This document shows positions 25,015-37,172 of a DNA stretch of 64,000 nt, one piece after another. This DNA is from Squalus acanthias (lineage: Eukaryota), in the NCBI GenBank assembly GCA_030390025.1, contig CM059432.1, positions 85,438,001 to 85,502,000 on the forward strand, read 5' to 3'. Position 1 is the stretch's first letter, and each line of letters starts with the position of its first letter. The position numbers and the translations under genes were made by a program. The notes beneath the pieces were generated by a model. That model made no database searches and was not told where the DNA came from. It saw only the letters and a program-made list of their open reading frames with translations.

Positions 25015-25238
25015 ATGGGAACCATTTATTTCCTTTCCTCCTGGACATCAGATTCGGACGAAGACCAGCCGTAGCAGCAGAACCCTGATCAACAGCACCA
25101 CCAACAGCAGGAGCATCAACAGGAGCGCCAAGCTGCTGCTCACCCACCTGAAGCTGCACAGGCCAGAAGGCGCCAGAGCGCGACCACATTGCTGCCCGGG
25201 ATGCAAGGGACGCACTCATGTTGGCCAGATTTGCTTAG
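25015..25238 (+). pseudogene. Harbinger transposase remnant (N-terminus joined to C-terminus, catalytic core deleted)
   Basis: MGTIYFLSSWTSDSDEDQ.. Q-rich leader, then IAARDARDALMLARFA* resembling the other transposase C-termini here. Confidence 0.5.
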
Positions 25239-25496
25239 CCTGCACAATCAAACACTTTTGTCTCGCAACTTCTTACCAGAGCATCGACAATGGACAAGAA
25301 CCTGCGGATTCCTGTCACTCTGAGCACCATACTGACAATTGTAAGTCGCCCTAAGCCCTCGATGTGAAAGTCCCATTTGCGAAATGACACAGGCCACAAC
25401 TTCAACAGTTTGCCATCAAATCTGCTTATGATACCATGACAAGGATGGCTGGTCCAAATACAATACATCACAGCACCCAAGTGACTACCCTTGTGA

Positions 25497-27480
25497 CTAC
25501 TTGTGCATTATCTTCCTCTTACGCGTGCTCCTATGTGGTGCTTCCCCTGTGGCTTCAGCAGATGTGGAGGCCCCTTGCTCACTTTCTTTCTGCTCCTGTC
25601 TCGACACCTTTGGCGGGCGTCCTCTGGGGTTGCGAACCTGTGAGGGCTCGGCAACAGTCTGCTGCTCCTGCGGCTGTGCAGGGGCTGAGACGCCCATCTC
25701 AGTTGGGTGAGGACTCTGGTGGAGCTCTGACCGAGGGCTTTGCAGTGGCATGGTCGTGTGAGCGCTTGGAGAGGAGCCCCCACTTCCTTGTTGTCTGCCA
25801 CCAACATCCCTCTCATGGGTCAGCCCCACTTCAGAGCTAGCAAGTGGCTTGACAGCACCTTGCTGCACTTCAGGGGGGCCATGAGGACCCGTTTCTGCAC
25901 TGGAAGTCCTACTCCAGAGGACTTCCATGAAGGTCTGGTTTCTATGCTCAATAGCTGACCATCGCTCCTCAAGAGATGTCATTCTATTCTGAACAATGAC
26001 CATGTTTTCAAGACCCTGGCGACTAACCTCCTCCATGGCCGTAGCCATCCTCTCCTCTACCGTAGCCATCCACTCCTCTACGGTAGCCAGCCTTACCACG
26101 GAGTTAGCCATCCTTTCCATGGAGGTTGCCATCCTTTCCGCAGTGATGCGTTCATGTGCCAATGCCTCCACAAAGGCTCTGCTCATGTTCGCGATGGACT
26201 CCTCCATTCGCTCCACACTCGCAGCGACCCTGGAGACAAAACCTGCCAGAGACTCCTGCACCTGTTCCTGGAGTTCCAGCACTGCTCTCCTTCTGGATGG
26301 ACCCGGAGGCACAGGGTCGACATGCAGCTGAGCCGAGCTGGCAAAGTCCTGCGCCCTCCGACGAGGACTCTTCACTGCTGTCCCTGTCTCCACCATCTGC
26401 TGATGCTCACTTGTGAGCTGTGATAGAACCAGGTGCCAACACTACTCTATCTCGCAAAGGTCCCACCGAGATGTGAGTGTCTGCGCTGGTGCTGGGTGCG
26501 CTGAATTCTGCTGACGCAGCGCCCTCAGAGGTTGCAGCTTCCTCTGAGGAGTCTGGAAGCTCAGGCTCTTCCTCCTGGACAGTGGGGACGGGAGCTCTCG
26601 ATGGTCCTGTGGGGGAGTAAAGGAATGTGTTAGAGATGTGAGGTCAAGGTTACATGCACATTGAATAGTGCAGATGATCATAAGTCAATGTGTTAGAGCA
26701 TCAGATTCATTATCAGTGACTTATGCAATGTCAATGAGAGAGATGCCAAACTATTCTGTCACCAGCTTGCTGTGATGCGCCCGTCTGTCCGTCCCCAACT
26801 TGGGAATCCTCCTCGATCCCGGCGATTTCCAGGGCCGCCTCCTCCCAGGCAGTGAGCTGGGCTACTGAGGGTGGCCCTCCTCCTGTCATGGCTCTTTCCC
26901 TCTTATTGTGGGCTCTCTTTTCCTGCAATGAGGGACACAATTGGAGTTCGAGTGAGAATGAAGGAGTGAGTGTAGAGAATGCATAGCATAGATGCTTAGA
27001 AGGAGACAAAGGGCCCTCCCTGTGTGTTGTACGTTGTTGTTGTTGTTGCGTCACAGTGATAGGGAGTGTGAGGCCTACATGGTCGAATAGTTAAGTGAAT
27101 GTGACCGTAGAGAGAGAGGGAATGGGTAAGGGTGCAGGGATGTAAGTGTCAAGTGGGATGTGGAGGAAGAGGTTAGCAAAGCAGAGCGCTGGTGAGGAGA
27201 GGCGATGGGGATCAGATTGAGGGAGATGGGAAAGTCATACTCACTTTTCCTGTGCGGAGAAGGTCATGAAACCTCTTCCTGCATTACAGCCAGGTTCTGC
27301 GGCTCATTGATATGGAGTTGACCTCCTGGGCTACTTGCAGCCACACAGCTTTAGTCTGCTGGGTGGCTTTTTCTCCCTGAGGAAGGGAAGAGCATCTCCT
27401 TATTCGATCTTGCTCCCTCCACCAGAGCTTGGAAGGAGGGCTCATCGAAGCGTGGAGCACTCTTTTGCCTGCTGGTGGAC
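25497..27480 (-). pseudogene. Three-exon Myb/SANT-like (trihelix) Harbinger partner gene with coiled coil
   Basis: Exon 1 ...WLQVAQEVNS..RRTWL*CRKRFHDLLRTGK|GTGAGT (ends 27245); exon 2 26922-26763 EKRAHNKRERAMTGGG; exon 3 from 26606; one nonsense codon and one frameshift near 26420; 5' end approximate. Confidence 0.8.
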
Positions 27481-27967
27481 ATAGTCGATCAATGAATTCC
27501 TCACTACAATCACCATAAAGTTTGCAGTCTCCAGAAGAAGCAAGGCTGCTTGCAGGCCTTAAATCCAGCAGCATTGATGACGTCATCGGAGGCGACTTTC
27601 TGTCTGAAAAGACTCATTGGGCCAGGGGTTTCCACACGCTGGAAATCAAGTGCCCAATTAGGGGAAAATCGCACTTTTTCCCCACGAATGCCACCTGACA
27701 CGCCCCAGCCCGCCCACACTGGCAAAATCGAGCCCATAGAATACAAAAGCCAGGAAGTTATGCTAAACCTATATAAAATACTAATTCGGCCCCAGCTGGA
27801 GTATTGTGACCAATTCTGGGCACCACACTTTATGAAGGATGTAAAGGTTTTGGAGAGGGTACAGAAGATATTTACGAGACTCTCCTCATTCTAGGGATGA
27901 GGGATTACAGTTATATGGATAGACTGGAGAAGCTGGGGTTGTTCTGCTCAGAGCAGAGAAGGCTAAG

Positions 27968-28437
27968 AAAGAAAGAAAGACTTGCATTTATATAGGGGCT
28001 TTCACGACCACTGGACGTCCCAAAGCGCTTTACAGCCAATTAAGTACTTTTTGAAGTGTAGTCACAGTTGTAATGTGGGAAACGCGGCAGCCGATTTGCG
28101 CACAGCAAGCTCCCACAAACAGCAATGTGATAATGACCAAATAATCTGTTTTAGTGATATTGATTGAGGGATAAATATTGACCAGGACACCGGGGATAAC
28201 TCCCCTGCTCTTCTTCAAAATGGTGCCACGGGATCTTTTACTTCCACCTGAGAGAGCAGACGGGGCCTCGGTTTAACATCTCATCCGAAAGACGGCACCT
28301 CTGACGGTACAGCACTCCCTCAGTACTGCACTGGAGTGTCAACCTAGATTTTGTGCTCAAGTCTCTGGAGTGGGACGTGGAACCCACAACTTTCTGACTC
28401 AGAGGCGAGAGCGCTACCAACTGAGCCACAGCTGACA
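27968..28437 (-). mobile_element. Full-length Deu-domain SINE
   Basis: Same family as 23110-23580; A box TGGCTCAGTTGG; inserted in the CR1 RRLRGDLI codons. Confidence 0.85.
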
Positions 28438-28828
28438 TGATAAGAGGGGATTTGATAAAGGTGTTTAAAATCATGAACAATTTAGATAGAGTAAATAAAG
28501 ACAAACTGTTTCCAATGGCTGAAGGGTCGATAACAAGAGGGCACAAAATTACGGTGATTGGCAAAAGAACCAGAGGTGACATGAGGAAAAACATTTTTTA
28601 CACAATGAGTGGTTAGGATTTGGAATGCATTGCCTGATAAGGTGGTGGATACAAATTAAATAGTAGCTTTCAAAAGGGAATTGGATAAATACTTGAAGGA
28701 GAAAAAACTGCAGGAATATGGGGAAAGAGTGGGGGAGTGGGAATAACTGGATTGCTCTTTGAAAGAGCCAGCGCAGACTCGGTGGGCTGAATGGCCTCCT
28801 TCTGTACTATATTATTCTATGATTTTAT

Positions 28829-29017
28829 GATCTGGAATGCACTGCCTGAAAGGGTGGTGGAAACAGATTCAATCTTAACTTTCAGAAGGGAATTGGATAT
28901 ATACTTGAAAAGGAAGAATTTGCAGGAGATTGGGACGAATTGTATAGCTCTTTCAAAGAGCCAGTGCAGGCATGATGGGTTGAATTGTCTCCTGTGTCCA
29001 GTGTGATTCTATGATTC
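28829..29017 (+). mobile_element. Second CR1 3' end abutting the first tail
   Basis: IWNALPERVV.. then a GATTCTATGATTC tail. Confidence 0.7.
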
Positions 29018-29820
29018 AATGCAACATATAAATGTCACTGCACGTGGTTAGCAAGATCACCACTGCCCTCAATTATGTCTGGCTAGCGTTGTAATATTTA
29101 TCCTACCTGAGGTCATTGGAAGCAAGGCTTTTATTGTACGTTTCATTTTGACTTTATGCCGAGTGTTCAGTCTGCCTGCCACTCCCTGCAATGGCATGTT
29201 ACAATGCTGTCTTCTAGGGATGGAACCCTGGAATGCCAATCAAAGAGGGTAACCATGGGCTGCACTTCTCTGCCACGGGCCAATAGAGCCAATTTTATGC
29301 CTCAATGTGGACTCGTCTTCGTCTTCCTTTATGTTCGTCATTTCCTCCCTCCCCACTCTACCCATATAGCCTTTGAAAAGGATGACAAATACTTAAAGCC
29401 TATTTTCAGTCTCTCCAAAGTGTTTAGTAATTTGACTCCCATCCAATGCTGCCCCTTACCTTTAAGTGGCTACATCCATTCAAGATTCCGCAGGTATCCC
29501 TGAGGAACACTTCCCGCACAAGGCTCAAGCTGTGCAGGGAGAATATTAAAAATATTTAATTAGACTAACCCCATCAAACAGCAGGACTTTTCAGTAGCAT
29601 GGGTGTGCAGAGAGCGTCACCAGTTTCCCACCAATCAGCAAGTCAGCCTTAATAAAATCAGGTGAAAAATAGGAAATTTATGAAGAGCTGATTGAAACTT
29701 AATGATGAGGACAGAGTAAGAGTTTATTAGTATGATATTTGCATTTTCCATTTAGTAGACTTTAGTAGTTAACGGCTGATGTGGTGTTAATCTAACTAAA
29801 ACTCTTATATCATAGCCTTG

Positions 29821-32800
29821 AGGTTGAGTTCATAGAATGTATTCGGGATAGTTTCTTAGAACTATACATTGTGGAACCAACCAGCGAGCAGGCTATTTTA
29901 GATCTGGTAATGTGTAATGAGACAGGATTAATTAATGATCTCATTGTAAAGGATCCTCTAGGGAAGAGTGATCATAGCATGATGGAATTTAAAATTCAGT
30001 TTGAGGGTGAGAAACTTGTGTCTGAAACTAGTGTCCTAAACTTAAATAAAGGCAATTACAAAGATATGAAGACAGAGTTGGCTAGAGTGGACTGGGAAAA
30101 TAGATTAAAGGGTAAGATGGTAGATAAGCAGTGGCAGACATTTAAGGAGATATTTCATAACTCTCAGCAAAGGTTCATTCCAGTGAGAAAGAAATACTCT
30201 ACGAGAAGGATGAACCATCCGTGGCTAACTAAGGAGGTTAAGGATGGTATCAAATTGAAGGAAAAGGCAGACAATGTTGCAAAGATTAGTGGTAGGCCAG
30301 AGGATTGGGAAATTTTTAGAAACCAGCAAAGGATGACTAAAAAAAATAATAAAGAGGGAGAAGATAGATTATGAGAGTAAACTAGCAAAAAATATAAAAA
30401 CTGACAGTAAGAGCTTCTACAAGTATATAAAAAGGAAGAGAGTAGCTAAAGTAAACGTTGGTCCCTTAGAGGATGAGACTGGGGAATTAATAATGGGAAA
30501 CAGGGAAATGGCAGAGACTTTGAACAAATATTTTGTATCGGTCTTCATGGTAGAAGACACTAAAAGTATCCCAATAATAATTGATAATCAAGGGGCTATA
30601 GGGAGGGAGGAACTTAAAACAATCACTATCACTAGAGAAAAAGTACTAGGCAAACTAATGGGGCTAAAGGCTGGACCTGATGGCCTGCATCCTAGGGTTT
30701 TAAAAGAAATGGCTGCAGAGATAGTGGATGCGTTGGTTGTAATCTACCAAAATTCCCTGGATTCTGGAGAGGTCCCAGCGGATTGGAAAACCGCAAACAT
30801 AACTCACCTATTTAAGAAAGGAGGGAGACAAAAAGCAGGAAACTGTAGGGCAGTTAGCCTAACATCTGTCATTGGGAAAATGCTGGAATCCATTATTAAG
30901 GAAGTAATAGCAGGACATTTAGAAAATCATAATACAATCAAGCAGAGTCAACATGGTTTTATGAAAGGGAAATCGTGTTTGACAAATTTACTAGAGTTCT
31001 TTGTGGATGTAATGAGCAGGGTGGATAAAGGGGAACCAGTAGATGTAGTGTATTTGGATTTCCAGAAGGCATTCGATAAGGTGCCGCATAAAAGGTTACT
31101 GCACAAGATAAGAGCTCACGGTGTTGGGGGTAATATATTAGATTGGATAGAGGATTGGCTAACTAACAGAAAACAGAGAGTCGGATAAATGGGTCATTTT
31201 CAGGTTGGCAACCTGTAACTAGCGGGGTGCCGCAGGGATCAGTGCTGGGGCCTCAACTATTTACAACCTATATTAATGACTTGGATGAAGGGACTGAGTG
31301 GAGTGTTGGCAAATTTGCTGACGATACAAAGATAGGTGGGAAAGCAAGTTGTGAGGAGTACACAAAGGAGGGAATTTTGCCAGCCCTGGGAAGGTGGGAC
31401 TGCTGGGAATATGGCAGAAATTGGGAGCGGATGCTTATCCCGCTCCCAACCCGCCTCTGTGCCATCTTCCCGGGAGGCGGCACCCCAACTCGCGCAGGGA
31501 CCCGTCTCCTCGAGGCGGGAAGGAGATCAGAGCCAATTAACTGCCTGTTAACAGGTAGTTAACAGGCAGTTTTGAGGCTTATCCCCATTTTACCCCTGCA
31601 AGTGCGGGCTTCCCGATGGCTGCGAACCTCGCCAGGGTCAGCAAGGCGAGCAGTGGGTCTGCGGGGGTGAGAGGGATCGAAAAGTCCGCTGTAGAGGTGA
31701 GTGATGGGTGCAAGTGTGGAGAGGTAAGTATGAGAGGTGAGTGTAAAGTGTTAGAAAAAGTTTACTTACCTTTGCTTCTTCCTGCAGGCTTCAGCTCGTG
31801 GGGATCCGGAGATGCCTCATCTCAACGGCAGAGATGACAGAATGGCTGCTGCATTCTTAGATGCAGCAGCCATCTACTTTCTGCTGAGGAGAGAGGTTTT
31901 GGTGAGTCTTTGTGCAAGGGCTCACCTTAGAACAGAGATTGTCAGTGTTTGACAGCTTCTCAAAGCTGTCAAACGCTGACAATTCATCTGTCAAAAAGTT
32001 TTTGACAGATGAAATGTCATACGCTGACATCCTCTGTCACCGGCTTTCCCTTAATTGGCCGGCTAAGCCCGCAGTGCGGGCTTAATAAGGTCAATCAAAG
32101 GAAAATAGCGTGGGTTGGCCAGACGTCGTTGGGGGCAGGACTGAAACCCGAAAACCAGCAGTCCCGCCCCCAGTGCGCCCCCATTGACAAAATCCAGCCC
32201 ATAGAGTCTGCAAAAGGATATAGATAGGTTAAGTGAGTGGGCAAAAATTTGGAAGATGGAGTATAATGTGGGAAAATGTGAGGTTATCCACTTTGGTAGG
32301 AAGAATAAAAAAGCTAAATATTATTTAAATGGAGAGAGACTACAGAATGCTGCGGTACAGAGGGATCTAGGTGCCCTCGTACATGAAACACAAAAAGTTA
32401 GCATGCAGGTACAGCAAGTAATTAGGAAGGCAAATGGAATATTGGCCTTTATTGCAAGGGGGATGGAGTATAAAAGTAGGGAAGTCTTGCTACAACTCTA
32501 CAGGGCGTTGGTGAGACCACACCTAGAGTACTGCGTTCAGTTTTGGTCTCCTTATTTAAGGAAGGATATACTTGCATTGGAGGAAGTTCAGAAAAGGTTC
32601 ACTAGGTTGATTTCTGAGTTGAAGGGGTTATCTTATGAGGAAAGGTTGAGCAGGTTGGGCCTATACTCATTGTAGTTTAGAAGAATGAGAGGTGATCTTA
32701 TTGAAACATTTAAGATTCTGAGGGGGCTTGACAGGGTCGATGCAGGGAGGATGTTTCCCCTCGTGGGGGAATCTAGAACTAGAGGGCACAGTTTCAGAAT

Positions 32801-33092
32801 AAGGGGTCGCCGATTTAAAACGGAGATAAGGAGGAATTTCTTCTCTCAGAGGGTCGTGAATCATTTGGAATTCTCTACCCCAGAGAGCTCTGGAGGCTGA
32901 GTCATTGAATATATTCAAGGCGGAGATAGACAGATGTTTGAAAAACAGGGGAATCAAGGGTTATGGGGAGCGGGCAGGAAAGTGGAGTTGAGGCCAAGAT
33001 CAGATCAGCCATGATCTTATTGAATGGCGGAGCAGGCTCGAGGGGCCGAATGGCCTACTCCTGCTCCTATTTCTTACGTTCTTATGTTCTTA
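29821..33092 (+). mobile_element. 5'-truncated CR1 LINE (EN end, RT, 3' UTR)
   Basis: LGKSDHS, GPDGLHPRVLKE, YLDFQKAFDKVPH, FADDTK, VRPHLEYCVQFWSP; tail TTCTTATG repeats. Confidence 0.92.
31367..32200. mobile_element. Harbinger-type MITE inserted in CR1 RT
   Basis: GGAGGGAATTTTGCC / GACAAAATCCAGCCC; flanks AAA/ATA; paralogs at 49202 and 51217. Confidence 0.85.
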
Positions 33093-33609
33093 TAAGACAG
33101 CAGCTTGGGGCTGTTACCTTATGATATATTTATTATCTTATGATATTTTAATTGCTAATGGCAAGGAGTGCCCAAGGACAGTACTTGTGAGGAGTCTTCC
33201 CACATATCCTCTGATGCAGCAGTCATTTTATCCACCTCAGAAGTATGAAAGACTGGGTGAGCCCAGCTAAGATTTAGAATCTATGACCCTCTGGTTTGCA
33301 AGTTCAGTCTTCATCCACCTGAGCTAATTGCCTTAGTTCAATGACCCTTCTGAGGCATGCACTCTGTGCAATATCATAAGAACAGGACACAGGGATGTCC
33401 AGAGCAAGAAAAGGCCATTCATCCCATTAAGCTCACTCCATCCAGAGGCAATGTATGATTATTCCATCATTAACTTCCTCTCCCCATCACCACCTGTTGC
33501 CTGATTTAAGATGCAATAACTGTCTTGCCTACCTCCTGTGGGAAAAAATTCAAGTTCTAGTATCTCTAGAATCTTTAATCTCCCTTCTAAACTAATATTG
33601 ATCCAGCTC

Positions 33610-35020
33610 TTTGTTAAAGGTGACAATTGACCTCAAATCGACAAAGAAGTGGGCTGTGGAAAGCTCTACGGCGTGCCGTACCGAGGCTTCCAAAGGACAT
33701 TTGATAAAAATTCACATGAAAGGCTATTAGTTAAGCTATGGGGATTCGAGTAAAACTTGGGAATAGATAAGAAATAGACTAAAGAGAGGCACAACTGTGG
33801 CTGATGAAATTTAATGCAGACCAGTGCAAAGTATGAGTATTTCAGTAGCAGATGGGCTGATTATGCTATTTCTCCAGGATTTCTACTGATCTTCTGCCGT
33901 AATTACAGCAGGAGATTTGGGAACCTCTGTGGAACTTCTATCGCCTTGAGTATGGTGTCCAGTTCTGGTCGCCGAGAAACAAAGGACATATTGAAGCTCT
34001 GGAGGCAGGTCAAAAATGAGGCATGATACGATCCCCTAATGCCAGGGTTTTGAGGAAATTCTGTTGCCCATCTCCTAACTGGCACCAAGTCCTGTTCTCC
34101 CATCACCTCTCTGCTCGCTGACCGACATTGGCACCCGCTGCAGCAAAGCCTCAAATTAAAATTCTCATCCTTGTGTTCAAATTCCTCTATGACCTCGCTC
34201 CTCCCTATTTCTGTAACCTCCTCCAGCCCTACATCATTCCGAGAAATCTGCGCTCCTCCAATTTATGCCTCTTGTGCATCCCCGATTTCCTTTGCCCCAC
34301 TATTGCCGGCCATGCCTTCATCTGTCTAAGCCCCAAGCTTTGGAATTCCCTCCCTAAACCTTTCTACCTCTCTCTCCTCCTTTAATACACTCCTTAAAAC
34401 CTACTTCTTTGACCAAACTTTTGGTCACTTCTCCTAATATCTCATGTGGCTCGGTGTCAAATTTTGTTTGATAACGCTCCTGGGAAGTACCGTGGGACAT
34501 TTTACTACGTTAAAAGCGCTATATAAATACAAGTTGTTGTTGAAAGACGGAGAAACTGCTCATCCATTGTAACTTCGGTGGAAGAGCCACGAAAATCCCG
34601 GAAAACTGGCGTAGACGGCGTTTTCTCCATTTTTCCCATGGTTTTCACGGCTATTTCGCCAAAGTTATAACAAAAGAGCAGGAGAACCCTCAAAGAAATT
34701 CACCCCCTTCAGCTTTTCAGGCTTCAAAGGAAGTGTCTAAGAATGATTTTATACAGTTAAGAGAATGGAAAAGGTAAGTCCAGAACACTAAATTAAAGTG
34801 TGAGAACAGGACAAAGAACACAGGTTCAAACTAATTAAAAGTAAATTCAGGACCGTATCAGGAAGTTCTTCCACAAAGATCAACACATAGAATGGACTCC
34901 AAGCTAGAGCAGTGGAGCCAAAATCCTAGAATAATTTACAAAACAATTAGATACAGAAATGGGAGGCACTGTGTGTCTCTGTAGATGGATGAATTAAGAT
35001 AGGCCAAATCGCCTTCCTCA
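33610..35020 (+). mobile_element. Very old CR1 remnant interrupted by a MITE-like piece and an L2 fragment
   Basis: Degenerate FQKAFDK-like and C-terminal motifs; boundaries approximate. Confidence 0.5.
34064..34541 (+). mobile_element. L2 LINE 3' fragment
   Basis: KILILVFKFLYDLAPPY, PKLWNSLP; (GTT)n tail; paralog of about 4528-5010. Confidence 0.85.
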
Positions 35021-35064
35021 TCCATAATTATCTGGTGTTCTATCTTGTGCATTTAAATTACGCT

Positions 35065-37172
35065 GCCCTAGAAATTCGATGCTGTAACGCCGGACGTTAA
35101 GGCCGGTTTTGTAGAAAAAATGGCAGCCGCCGCACTTCCACCCACTTCCAGCGCGTGACACAGTGGCCATCATTTTGGTAAGGGCCATACAGCGCTGGCC
35201 TCTCAAATTTAAATAAGCAGATCGTGACGTCAATCGGCATGTAACGCCCGATTTGAAGCCATGACTGCTAATTTGGACGTTCTTGCTCTTCATTACGCTG
35301 TGTCCTGAAAACGCACAGTAAAGCATGTGTGAAGCAGCCCTGCAGAGACGCTGTCAGCGCTTCTTAAAGGGACACACACATCTTTCAGGTAAGTTTGGAT
35401 TTCAGCTTTTGGACTTAAAAAAATATATTTTATTGAAGTAGTGGCTTGGTGCAATATACTTAAAAAGTTGTTAAAGTGTGCAGGGGGTTCTGCTGGATGC
35501 TTGCAAGGCTTCGGATGGTAAAGTAAGGCCTCTGAGAAGATAGAAAATGCTGAAAATACTCAGCAGGTCAGGCAGCATCTGTGGAGAGAGAAACAGAGTT
35601 AACATCTCAGGTTGAGATGCTGCCTGACCTGCTGAGTATTTCCAGCATTTTCTGCTTTTATTTCAGATTTCCAGCATCCGCAGTATTTGGCCTCTGAGAA
35701 GACCACTTCCTGGGAGGGACATGGAGATGAAGCAGAGGCAGCAAAGGAGACAAGCTGCTTGCAGAGGGAAGACGAAGAAGCAGAAGAGGAAGACCCAGAA
35801 GAGGAGGAAGCAGAGGAAGGATGCAACCCAGACAGCCCCTTTCTGGCCGGGATATCCGGGATCGAATCATCTGCCTGCGGTACCAGTGACCACAACCCCA
35901 ATTCCCCATTCAACATTTGTCCCACACCTTACCTTCCCTCTGTTACTGACCATCACAGCATCGTCTTGGCCACAATGCTGAAATAAAAGCCACCACAAAG
36001 TAAACTTTCCAATCCAACTTTATCCATATATGCATCCAATATGAAATCAAGAAATCAACTAATCACCCTTGTGCATTCCTTAGTGAGTGTCTTGTGTGTA
36101 CCTTTGCCAATCCTAGTGATGTTACGCAGTGCTACCCCAGTGGCTGCAGCATGGCTGGTGGAAGGCTGCTGACTTTCAGTGGGTGACACTGCAGATGGCC
36201 GTGCAGGACGACCTCGAGGAGCTGGTGGCTGGGAGTGTTAAATCGAGTGACGATATTTCTTCGTCTTTTTCTTCCTCTTCTTCACTCTCCTCTCCCTCTT
36301 CTTGGTCAACCATTGGCTGGGCAGGCTGCATTTCTTGGGTGCCTGAAATGAGGAAGTAACAAAGGTAGGGTTGTGGTGAGGTGAGGGTGGGAAAGCAAGA
36401 GCTGCATGCTTACACCATGCGCACCTTGTAAATCAGAAGATATTGTGGGTTGAGGAGAAGTGGGATGTGAGAAGGGGGATAACGTATGAGGATACCAGCA
36501 TCTTGTATTCTTTCAGCCCCGCCGCTGGCCAAGGGCTCAGCCATGCCCCTGCCAAGAATGGCCAGCACCGTCTCCCCCAAGGGGGTGAGGTGAAGCTAGG
36601 AGTGTGAGGTGTGCCTCGTGTTTGGTACAGATTGTTGGTAGGTGAGTGATAGGGGTAGGGGAGTCATGCAGTGAGCAGTGTTTGAGGCTAGTGGTGCAGT
36701 TGGTAGGAGACTTCCCTGGCTTGTTGAGCCATTTGTGTTAGTGCTGAAGCATTTTCACTATTTTTACGTGCAGAAGGCAATTCAGCTTTAAGAGCTGAAG
36801 ACTGGCATTTCAGAATTATTTTTAATGTTTTTTTTAGAAGCCAGTTGAGCTGTAAGGGCTAAAGACTGCCTATTTTTAAAGGTTTTTTTTTTCATTTTAG
36901 AAGGCATTTCCCCTTTAAGGGCTCGACACTGCTTTCTAAAATGACAGGCTAGCTTTAAGACAACGTTACCTCGCTCCAGGTCATGCTACATTGGGCCTCC
37001 TGCTGAGACTACCGCCCAAAACAGCACATTGCCAGTAGGTTTTGTGCTCGGATCATTTAAATCAGCAGGCAGCACCAAAATAAAGTGCTGCCTGCACTCT
37101 TTTTGCAGACGGCCGTTAACCTTGGCCCGCGGTGGCACCGCCCGTTTTCGAGCTTAATCGAATTTCTAGGCC
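35065..37172. mobile_element. Non-autonomous Harbinger, opposite-orientation paralog of 13449-15678
   Basis: TIR G(C/G)CCTAGAAATTCGAT at both ends; acidic transposase tail on +, Myb exon remnants on -. Confidence 0.8.

Larger units (their letters stand above)
24497..27735. mobile_element. Non-autonomous PIF/Harbinger element, 3,239 bp
   Basis: Perfect 17-bp TIR GGGCTCGATTTTGCCAG; ATA TSD; empty site restores CR1 INRGIEYKSQEVML. Confidence 0.93.
17693..28830 (+). mobile_element. Near full-length degraded CR1 LINE (SGNH esterase ORF1, EN-RT ORF2) hosting five nested insertions
   Basis: ORF1 AVVIGD.IARGTDRQFC...LPGARV...VVVHVGT; ORF2 [36 protein letters not shown]; tail ATTCTATGATTTTATGA. Confidence 0.9.

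Noticed and set aside
28370..28437. tRNA gene
   Set aside because: tRNA-derived SINE head that continues into the SINE body.
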